Sequence record: MG592671.1 | Length of the DNA: 64,000 nucleotides | Reading direction: 5' to 3' (one strand) | Part shown: positions 9,745 to 19,300 of the stretch, piece by piece | Layout: each line of letters begins with the position of its first letter | Numbering within the stretch: the first letter of the stretch is position 1 | Translations under genes and position numbers: made by a program | Notes under the pieces: generated by a model | What the model was told of the DNA's origin: nothing | The model's database searches: none | What the model saw: the letters and a program-made list of their open reading frames with translations, nothing else

Positions 9745-11331
9745 TTACGGTGTAACTTCATTATCAACAACTACCTTCTCAACACCTATGTAGTAGATAT
9801 CGCTAAAGCCTAGATTGGTTAGATCTATCTCAAAGGTTTTTCTAAGAGTTCTAGCACCGGAGACTATTAATTCCGTCCGTGTGAAACCAGAGCCGCCGAT
9901 AAATGCAAAGTCATTAAAGATGATACCGATAGTCTCATCCTTTATCGTTGTAAAGCATCGACTGTTACCAGGATCCGGGATGTCGCTATGGATGAACACT
10001 ATTTTAAACTGGTCTGATAAATCGTAGTTAGTGTAAGTAAGATCGAACTTCAAGTTAGGTGTGCCTCCTTCATCTGCTGTGTTAGGAAGGGCCCATCCGT
10101 TATTACTACCACCTTCCCAAAGTAAAGTGTTTTCTGATACAGAACCTCTAAGACTATGGTGAAATCCGATATTATTGTACGCTAAGTATGAGTAATCTAC
10201 TTGGTCTTTCTCGCACACATACGGCACACTAAACAGAGGTACAATCTCTGAGTTACCATACACATGCAAGGCTGTTGGGTAACGACTATCGTATTCCGTT
10301 ACGGAGACCTGAATAAAGGCATCTGATACATCTGTGTTTGGTGTAACTCGGTTCCTAGTAAAGAAGTTGTTTGATGACTCCCCAATAGAAGAAGTTCTGT
10401 TAAACAGGTAGCGAATCATAGGCTCCCCTTCGTTATAACTAATGAATGCATTGAAGTGGTTGTTCTCAACACTTCAATGAGACGCGTTTTGTGAATACAT
10501 TAACACAGGGCTTGAATCAGATCCTGAGCGATCTAGGTGTTCCATGTAGTTATTTCTAAAATTGCACCCGAATGTATTGAACATAGACACACCGCCGCCA
10601 TGAGTAGCATCAAGAAAATCATTCTGTTCTATAACCATTTCCGCGCCTAAACCAAATGAACTTCCAGCCCAAAGTGTTCTTTGGCTATGTATATGCCTAG
10701 CGCATTTAAGGAAACGATTCTGACAGATGATCCCTAGAGTGTTTCCTGAGTCATTGATTCCAACACCATATCTGTAAAACTCGTTATTGCGTATATCTGA
10801 TCGATAGGTAACTGATAGTTGCAAACCAACCCCGTAATTATCTAAAACAGAGACATCGGTAACTGCAGGTGTGCCTGCATCTGAATCTGAAATATCATCA
10901 TATTTGCCTGTGAACTTACAGTCTCGTATTCGAATGTTTTTAATAGGGTTGGAGTTATTTTCCCAATCTGTGCTGTGGTCGTAACGAGTCTTGATGCCGA
11001 ATTTCGAAACGATTCCAAGAGACTCGACCCCAACTGTACCTGTCTGCGCCGCGACAGGAAACAGATCAAAAGCGTATTCAGTATCGTTTGTGTTGTTGAT
11101 GATTGAATACTCGTGACCATACCCTACAATAGTAATGTTTTTATGGCGAAGTTGTATAGTAGAGCTGATGTAATAGGTCCCCTCCGGCACAATCAACTTA
11201 CCCCCATTAATGGAATCAATTGCTGATTGAAAAGCTGTAGTGCTATCAGATACTCCTTTAGGATCAGCACCGAAATCTAAAACATTGACAGCAGCTCCAT
11301 CAATCATTCGATTATTTACTTTAGTAGTCAT
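9745..11331 (-). pseudogene. tailspike gene interrupted by a single in-frame TGA (10474-10476)
   Basis: The 285-aa ORF (10474..11331, VNVLDFGADPKGVSDSTTAFQSAID) and the 224-aa ORF (9745..10419) share one frame, joined by TGA plus 18 sense codons SVENNHFNAFISYNEGEP; 528 aa if read through. Confidence 0.7.
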
Positions 11332-11477
11332 TATATTTCCTCAGTCTTAACACTCATGAATGTCTTACCTAGGTAAGTTTTGTCAACAACGACATCACTA
11401 TGAGGGTTGTAGTTTTCTTCTAGCCATTTCTGGCCATCCTTAGCTAGATTGTTTTCTTCTAACATTTTATTATTCAT
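11331..11477 (-). CDS. small hypothetical protein (48 aa)
   Basis: MNNKMLEENNLAKDGQKWLEENYNPHSDVVVDKTYLGKTFMSVKTEEI*; TAAGGA RBS; stop overlaps the next ATG (TAATG). Confidence 0.6.
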   Translation of the reverse strand: MNNKMLEENNLAKDGQKWLEENYNPHSDVVVDKTYLGKTFMSVKTEEI

Positions 11478-11789
11478 TGTTTAATCCTTATAAGATCTAA
11501 GCTAAAACTCATCCTCCAGCCCTTTTTCAAATTCGTTGTCGATGGTACTAATTAAAGAAGTATTTGACAGAGTCTGCTATCTCTAAGAAGAGGCGGTTGA
11601 TTAAGAACAACTTGAGTCTTTTTGTTAGGTAATCTCTTGAGTGGGTTACTCCACTATGTCCATACGATGTTTCAAGTAAAAGACATCTGTTAATAGACCT
11701 TTAACATTGATTATGACAACTTTGCCGATACGCATGATTGCCTTTATTTTGCAAATTATACGTGTGGTATAGTCAGTCATAAGATCTCT

Positions 11790-13751
11790 TTACAGGAGAC
11801 GGTAGTTTACGCCTGGTGTGAAGTTAACCCGTACATCCCCCGCCAATGTAAAGTCGACAAAAAGAGATGATCCTGAAACACTATCAGTGAGTATTTCACC
11901 AACCTGTATGCTTCCTGTGTCATCTCCAATGAACACATTCTCGTTACCACCTGTAGTGTGTGGGTATCTATTGTCACGCAGTTTAAATCGCATACGAGAA
12001 TCAGTTCCTGAAAGTCCTTGAGATGAGTCGAACTCTAAGTCTGTGCTTAAGAATCTCTTGTGGTACTTAGAATCTTTAGTATAACAGTTTTCTAAGCCAC
12101 TATGCGGCATCCAATATCCATCAACAAGGTTGGCGTTATCCGGGCTGCCGTTTGCCAGATTTCTGAATTGAGAAGGGTGTGTTTGGAGTAATGCGTCGTC
12201 TAGATCAACATAGTTGTATAAAGCACCAGATGTGTATTGGTTGCCCCAGTAAATAGGCGTGTCGCTTGCGATAGCGTTTCTATCCCTAATCACACAACCG
12301 TTTTTCATAATCAGCCCGTCTTTCTCACCCTGCTCACTACCGCCCCATGCTTGAACTCGTGAAATGTACCCAGAAGGTTCGTAGTGCCCTCCGTTAAACA
12401 CGAGCTTTCCTCTTTGGTACTTATCAGGATCGTTAGCCCATACTAATGAAAACGGGTGGCTGAGGTTATAGCCGCCTTTGTTGACTTCGATGTTATTCAA
12501 TGTGAAGTTTACGGTATTAGTTGAATCTCTTCTGCAAATAAAATGACTACTCTCTTCACTTTCACCACCGTCATCCCAAACACGAGATCCGTCTATATTA
12601 ACAACCCCGTTCGATAGGATCACATCGCCATCCCCAAAGGCGACACTGTCTGTGACAACCCCATACAAGCCGGATTCACAGTAGAAGTTAGATAGGTTCG
12701 CATAGGCTAGATCGTCTATAGACCAGAACAAGTGCAGCAGACATGCAACATTATGCGCTTCAAACGCAGTGGCGGTGCACCTTGAACCAGATCCTATACC
12801 GAAAGCATAACCTAGTGTTCTAGCTGTCGCGTTCCCATACATATCTGAACATTGGCCCCCAGTCACAAACACTTCAACAGAATCTTCTGTATTGACCCAA
12901 CCTTTTGCAGAATACTGCGACGAACCCACAGGTACTCCATCTTCTCTGCGAACAAGGGTTTCTTTGTGTCCTACAAAGTTGGATAGATATGTAGAAGCTG
13001 TTGTTGCATTATTAGGAATGTCGGAAACAGAACCCACCCAACCATCTATACCTATTGACGCATAACCCAGAGATGCGGGGTTGGAGAAACTATCTGAGAT
13101 ATGTACATTAGCACACATTGAGATGTACAGTGGGCTGACTGACCCTGCTAATCGGAATTGACAGTTGTTGATATAGATATGGTTGCACAGCCCAGCGTAT
13201 AATGCATGTCCTCCGTTAGTAGCTAGGAAGGACAGCCTACGATCCTGTGTTAATGTTCGAGACGCGTCTGAGTCTCCCCAGTTCTCACCCTTACTCTCTA
13301 ATACAAAATTATCAAAGTGGATGTTCTCACAGTTAGTTAAGCTTAATATGGTAGGGTAGTACATTTTGACAGGTGAAACACTTTGATCTGCATTGTACAA
13401 TCCTCCGTTTTGGAATTTGATATTCTTCTTACTATCTAACCACAGCACTTCATTCTGCGAAAGGGAGTCTGTATCGCCTGCACCTGTAGATGGGATACCA
13501 TCTACATCAGCATATACTCTATAGACATTGCCGCCAAAATCTACTACATCTCCGTTAGAGAGGTCGTTTAATAGCGCACGAATAGCGGTAGTGTTATTAA
13601 CGGATGTTCCTGGGATAGCCCCGTAATCTCCTGGTTTTTTCATAGGGAGTTGCGGGACTACTGATTGATTTAAAAAAGTCTGTAGGTTCTGTAGATTGCC
13701 AGAGCCATCCCTATGCACACCATAGGCTGTATTCATCGAAGTTTTCGACAT
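11790..13751 (-). CDS. tailspike/depolymerase (beta-helix), short N-terminus
   Basis: KPGDYGAIPGTSVNNTTAIRALL..VVDFGGNVY variant of the pectate-lyase-3 start followed by beta-rich repeats; AGGGAG RBS. Confidence 0.7.
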   Translation of the reverse strand: MSKTSMNTAYGVHRDGSGNLQNLQTFLNQSVVPQLPMKKPGDYGAIPGTSVNNTTAIRALLNDLSNGDVVDFGGNVYRVYADVDGIPSTGAGDTDSLSQNEVLWLDSKKNIKFQNGGLYNADQSVSPVKMYYPTILSLTNCENIHFDNFVLESKGENWGDSDASRTLTQDRRLSFLATNGGHALYAGLCNHIYINNCQFRLAGSVSPLYISMCANVHISDSFSNPASLGYASIGIDGWVGSVSDIPNNATTASTYLSNFVGHKETLVRREDGVPVGSSQYSAKGWVNTEDSVEVFVTGGQCSDMYGNATARTLGYAFGIGSGSRCTATAFEAHNVACLLHLFWSIDDLAYANLSNFYCESGLYGVVTDSVAFGDGDVILSNGVVNIDGSRVWDDGGESEESSHFICRRDSTNTVNFTLNNIEVNKGGYNLSHPFSLVWANDPDKYQRGKLVFNGGHYEPSGYISRVQAWGGSEQGEKDGLIMKNGCVIRDRNAIASDTPIYWGNQYTSGALYNYVDLDDALLQTHPSQFRNLANGSPDNANLVDGYWMPHSGLENCYTKDSKYHKRFLSTDLEFDSSQGLSGTDSRMRFKLRDNRYPHTTGGNENVFIGDDTGSIQVGEILTDSVSGSSLFVDFTLAGDVRVNFTPGVNYRLL

Positions 13752-13974
13752 TTATTATTCTCCCTTGTGGGTTTAGTCTACTGAGAACACATTAAATAGA
13801 CATTACTACGCCTATATCTGCTATTGTTCTAAGTATTTCTCAAAGTATGACAATACTGATACAGCAACACCTTGTTAGGTTATCGCTGTAGTAATTTGCA
13901 TTGAATATTTAGTTAAGTAACTTACATAATAACCTTGTTGGTCTTCACAACACTGCGTCAGCTTATATAGTTGA

Positions 13975-16248
13975 TCACAGTATGCTTTGGAATCCTAATG
14001 TGAATCTGTCTGGATCTACTGCAACACTAGAAGTATCTGCAAAAAAGATATCAAAAGATGATGCTGTGATACTGCCAATACGATGTAGTAGGAAATCCGA
14101 GGAGACTATCCCTGATACAACTATTAATGGGCTACTGAAGTCAGGAACGGATGTCTCACGCGTTAACCGCCAATGCCCTGTTCCAATTTTTGAAAGAACG
14201 TATCCAGATTGTTCAAGCACAGGCGTTCCTGTGTTTCGATACTGGAAGTACATCAGAGCTCGAAATTTACCAGTAGGGGTGGTACCGTTTGGATCGTACG
14301 CTTCCCAAGACCTTTCTATATTAGCATCCCACTCATCTAGACCCAGGTACGCAGCATCCCCTGTTGAATTTGGTCCAATAGCACGTCGTTGTGTTGTTTT
14401 TGTAGTACGTGTTTCATCAGTATGCCCGAATACTACTCTACCACCAGAACCATGGTCTACACGCACTGTTGTGTTTAAACCTGATACTGGATGTTGATCG
14501 GAACCTTTAATGCCGAACTGTCTATCAGTTGTTCCGCCAAAGGCTGAGTTGAAGTCATCTTGGAGGTACCTATCTTGGACCTTCACTCTATCACCTTGAA
14601 ATCCGCCTACACGAAGAACATCTCTGTCTGTAAATACCCCACCTGCTGAGGTGCCGTCAGAGGTTATATTATTATCCCAAGTTGAAGAAGGATGGATGTA
14701 TAAGCTAGTAACCACGTTTCTCTGAAAGAGTTGACTATTAGTAGTGATGATGTCTCTTGTACTACCGTCAAGTGTGTACTCGTACCAATGTGTATCAAAT
14801 GTACATGAGGCAAAAGCTTTTGCCTTTAGTGGAACATTACAGTATTCAAATATTAGATTAGTAAACGAACATCCGTAAGCATTTTTATCGAAGATAATAC
14901 ACTCGTTGTTGTTGTTAAATTCACAATTTGAGATGTGTGTTGTTGTGCTATCATTACTGTTTACGTCTTCCGAAAAGAAGCAACGTGTATTAGAGTAAAA
15001 ATTACATCGATCAATATAGAAGTTAACTGTCGCTCCGGCAGTGCCGCCAATAGAGTGAAGAGCTGTGTTGAACACCCTAAAGGTACAATCTTGAAAACGT
15101 TGGTTATACCCAATTCGGTTGAAGCAGGTGGCTGTTCCAGCATTGCCTCGGAAGTATATATCCCTTACAGTACCACCAGGGTATGAGAACATCACTCCTG
15201 TATATCCTACGGGATGGGCGATCTCAGACACGCCATTAGCAGAAGTAGATTGTGAAATTCCACCCATCCCAACTAAGTTCTTAAACCTAAGATCAACTTC
15301 AGATCCGATAATAAAGACATGCCCATCAGGAACATATATAGTGTTTCCTAGATCTGAGTCAACAGCTCTTTGGAAAGCGTCAGCATCATCAGTAACACCA
15401 TCACCTACTGCTCCAAAGTCTTTCACATTCACAACATCACTAAAACGATCACCTAAAGTTCGTTGAACTGTAGATCCATTAGCTAATGCTGTGCTAGAAG
15501 TGACATCAGTCTCATCGATATTGCGCGGAGCGAACCACATAACGTCTATTTCTGCTAATTCATATGGAGCTTCATTGAAAACAATATCACCAGAGTTGTT
15601 TACATTGTAATCCATACCAGGTCGTTGTCTAATACCGCCAGCCCAAACCATTAAATTTGCTGGATTTGTTATTCTAGTAGACGGGGTACTAAACACAGTT
15701 TGCGTGCCATCTGCAATGATTGTGTCTTGTGTAAGAGGAGTGACACCAGTATCTTGACCTGCAACATTAGGAAGTAAAATCTTAACACTGATTTCTGACA
15801 AATAAGGCGGAGCTTCTCCTATAAAGGTTAAAACTTCCTGTGCAAAGATAAAATCAACACTTGGTGTTTGCGAAATACCGTCAATACTAACATCAACAGT
15901 TTCGGTATATGCGCCAGATGAATTAGGAACAGTAAAATTCATAGTTGTGCCATCACCTATAAACGTTGCAAGTACTGGACTATTCACATCAGAAGATTTC
16001 ACGATCCACTTATCATCTAATGCTGGATTTTCAGGTTGTGTTATTGGGTTTGTTGGTGATGCATCAGGTGCGTACCACGCAATTCCGTCAGTATATACAC
16101 GTATTTGTTCAGGAGACGTAACTGTCGCTCCGGCCTGCCACACTTGTACTGATCCTGGTGGTAATCCCCATAGAGTTTCCAATGTTTGGTGTTTTACGGC
16201 AGTGGCAGATCCTGCTACTCCCCCAAAATAATTTGAGAGTGATCCCAT
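13975..16248 (-). CDS. tailspike/depolymerase (adaptor + 2 modules + beta-helix)
   Basis: RTLGDRFSDVVNVKDFGAVGDGVTDDADAFQRAVD..IYVPDG; N-terminal domain shared with the 3396/6856/9430 genes. Confidence 0.85.
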   Translation of the reverse strand: MGSLSNYFGGVAGSATAVKHQTLETLWGLPPGSVQVWQAGATVTSPEQIRVYTDGIAWYAPDASPTNPITQPENPALDDKWIVKSSDVNSPVLATFIGDGTTMNFTVPNSSGAYTETVDVSIDGISQTPSVDFIFAQEVLTFIGEAPPYLSEISVKILLPNVAGQDTGVTPLTQDTIIADGTQTVFSTPSTRITNPANLMVWAGGIRQRPGMDYNVNNSGDIVFNEAPYELAEIDVMWFAPRNIDETDVTSSTALANGSTVQRTLGDRFSDVVNVKDFGAVGDGVTDDADAFQRAVDSDLGNTIYVPDGHVFIIGSEVDLRFKNLVGMGGISQSTSANGVSEIAHPVGYTGVMFSYPGGTVRDIYFRGNAGTATCFNRIGYNQRFQDCTFRVFNTALHSIGGTAGATVNFYIDRCNFYSNTRCFFSEDVNSNDSTTTHISNCEFNNNNECIIFDKNAYGCSFTNLIFEYCNVPLKAKAFASCTFDTHWYEYTLDGSTRDIITTNSQLFQRNVVTSLYIHPSSTWDNNITSDGTSAGGVFTDRDVLRVGGFQGDRVKVQDRYLQDDFNSAFGGTTDRQFGIKGSDQHPVSGLNTTVRVDHGSGGRVVFGHTDETRTTKTTQRRAIGPNSTGDAAYLGLDEWDANIERSWEAYDPNGTTPTGKFRALMYFQYRNTGTPVLEQSGYVLSKIGTGHWRLTRETSVPDFSSPLIVVSGIVSSDFLLHRIGSITASSFDIFFADTSSVAVDPDRFTLGFQSIL

Positions 16249-16282
16249 TTATATTCTCCTATAGATTATAGAACATTTATTA

Positions 16283-16290
16283 TATTTATC
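16283..16290 (-). promoter_or_regulatory. late promoter GATAAATA
   Basis: tatttatc 35 bp upstream of the ATG at 16248. Confidence 0.6.
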
Positions 16291-16327
16291 CACCTATAAC
16301 AAAAGGTAGATAAATGATTAGTCAAAT

Positions 16328-16352
16328 AAAAAGCCTGCGATGCAGGCTTTTT
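16328..16352 (-). terminator. intrinsic (bidirectional) terminator
   Basis: aaaaagcctgc-gat-gcaggcttttt directly after the stop at 16356. Confidence 0.8.
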
Positions 16353-16355
16353 GTT

Positions 16356-19300
16356 TTAAGATCTTCCAGTTGGGTCATTTTGAACAGCAACATACTTTGA
16401 TCCTGACGGATACGTATTATGCAATTGTATTTGAGTTGAACTTAAAACAGTTCTCTCAGATTGGAAAATTCTTACACCATTGATGTATAAACTGAAAGGA
16501 AAATCAGTATCAACATTTGAAAGAGTTATAATTGTTTGACCAGAAGCCAAGATACTCTCTTCTTCAATTGTTGTGAAGTCCCACACTGTTCTTTGTGTTC
16601 CATCAGTATCATTTTGAGTACCAAGAATGATTGAACCGATAGGATATGAACTATTGAGTGTTATTTGGTTATTACCAGTAACAACATAATCCCCAACAAT
16701 GCCGTTTATCGACGGGTATAGCTTGATGCCATTAATAAAGAACACTGAGCTAAATGCATCACTAATGAGACTGAAATTAACAACTTGTTGGGCAGGTGTT
16801 ATCAATGTAACAGCTTCTGTGATAGAATCTACTTCGCCACTACCTGATCCACCCCCTTCACCAATACCATCAACAATCTTCCAACCAATAGTGCTATCAA
16901 TAAATGTTAATTGCACCGTTGCATTATCGAGATCTATTCTTAATGGATCAGACGCTCCCATAATAAGATCACTAAGCGATTCAATAACAATATTGTTGTC
17001 TGATGCAGTCCCTCTGTAATCTGAAACAAACAAAGTATTGTTAACTCCAGGATTAGATGGTAAAACTAACCTAACCTCTTCCACTAATGTATCAACTAAG
17101 TACGCTCCATTGGCCTCAATAACCTTGTCAATATTAGTGTATTCCCAGAATTGACTTAGGCCACCTCCAGAACCACCTTCACCAATACCATCAGTTATTT
17201 TCCACCCCATTGAGTTGTCAATGAATGTTAGTTCGATAGTAACATTGTTGAAATCAAGTATTAATTCATCTGGCAGTCCCATAATAGGCTTATCAGATAC
17301 AATTGTAATGTTATTATTAAAACAATTGCCTGAATAATCAGATATCTTAACGTTATCATTCACAGTAGGGTTTGTTGGCATTGTGATTGTGATCGGATTA
17401 TCTGCTGTAACACATTGGTAATCACCGCCTATAACAGCAACTGTGTCAGTTGTTATAGTTTCCCAATCATCACGAGATGCGCCGCCACCGCCACCTTCAC
17501 CAACACCGTTGGTTATAACCCAACCTTCAGTATCATCATCACCCATGTACGTTAGTTGAATCATTGAACGATCTAGATTAAGAACTAAGTCTTCAGCTAC
17601 ACCAACAATTGGTCTACCGTTACCTTGGATATTGATATTATTAGTTGAACATGTTCCTTTGTGGTCCATTATATTAACAATATCAAATTGGTTAGGGTTT
17701 GCAGGTAAAATGCCAGTAAACGCACTTCCTGTGGTATCTACCATATAAGCAAATGCTGCCTCTAACGCCATTGGAGTTACTGATCCAGAAACAAATTCCC
17801 AGTTATCAATTCCACTACCTCCACCAGTTCCAGAACCTGCTGTTATTTTCCAACCTTGAGTTGAATCGATGTATGTGAACGTAAGTGCAGCGTTAGCAGT
17901 TCTAATTACTTGGTCTTCTCCAAGCACTCCATTTAGTGGAGCTCCGTTAGTTTTAACAATAATGTTATTTCTAGGAGATGTTCCGTAATAGTCAGCTACC
18001 CTAACGTACGCATCCTGGAACAGTAATGCTTCATCAGGATCAGTTGGCACTGCTGGCAAAGTAACAGTAACTGGTGTATTGGACGTATCTACCATATATG
18101 ATAGGAACGGCTCCACAGGACCTGCAAATGGGTCCCACTCGTACGGTGGTATCCAGCTAACAGCATCAGAACCTGCAAATTCACCTAGACCTGATGTGAT
18201 TTTCCAACCATAGTCATCATCAATATATGTTAATTGTACCACAGCGTTTGCTGAAGATACGATTAATGCTTCGTTACTTCCCATTATAGGTGCTGGATTT
18301 GTTGGATCTCCTGTTCCTATAATAGTAATAGGATTTGCAGGACTTGTTCCGAAATAATCAGCAATCCAAACAAAATCATTTATAACACCCGGTGGCAAAG
18401 TAACAGTAACTGGCTCATTAGTTGTATCAATGTAGTAACCAGAGTTCTGTACAACAGTGACATCAGAGTTACGTGCAAACCAATCAACTGTAACAGCACC
18501 GATTTGCGATCCTAGCGGTCCCCATTGAGCACCATCAAAGCCCTCAAACTGATTAACCTCAGTATTAAAGCGCATTGCACCATCTTCGCCTATAGGACGC
18601 TCTGCAATAGTACCAGATGGCACCACAATAGCACTAGAACCTTCAAATATTACTGATGGATGATTAATATCATCATTTTGTACTGTTATCTTGCTAACGC
18701 CGTCTACTGAAACGCCTAATTTATTAACAGACGACGGGATACTTGTATCTTTACTAACTGCATATAAGCCAGTACCTTCAAGTTTTATATCATCATCACT
18801 TGGCTTGAATGAAATGCCAGGAAGTTCACTAGTTCCGTGTTCTGCATGTATTTGAGCAAATGTTTCAAAGTAATTAGCTGTTATTTCCAGATAATTATTA
18901 ACAGTATCACCTAGGCTGTTATTTGTATTTTCTCTTGTTTTGATTGAGAATATAGACCCGGCTGCATTATCAGATTCTAGTGTTACTGCATTGTTATTAG
19001 CATCAGTTTTCGAACGTAAAGCAATAGAAGGATTAAAGTTCTCGATGAAAATGTCAGCATTTCTGCTTGGGACAAAATCACCTAGGTTATTTTTAATTAT
19101 CATTGTTGGAGCTACTGACGCACCTGACACTTCTTCTAAAATAAGACCAGCGCTAGTAGTTCCTTGACGATAAAATGCACCAACAGCTTGTCCTTGCGCA
19201 GTTGCAATGATATCACCATTAGATGCAGTTGAATCTCTGTAAAAACCAGTTTGAGACCCAGTTCCAAAATATAAGCTAGGCGCAGATGCAGAACCATTAG

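Noticed and set aside
10474-10476. Selenocysteine or genome-wide stop-codon reassignment as the explanation for the in-frame TGA
   Set aside because: No SECIS-like GC hairpin follows the TGA, and TGA (13975, 63515), TAG (4349, 24013) and TAA all terminate other genes normally
13982-14497. 171-aa plus-strand ORF and similar antisense ORFs over the spike genes (2552, 4398, 7500, 15119, 16699, 20278)
   Set aside because: Entirely antisense to long, well-supported genes, with no RBS, promoter or motifs; shadow ORFs
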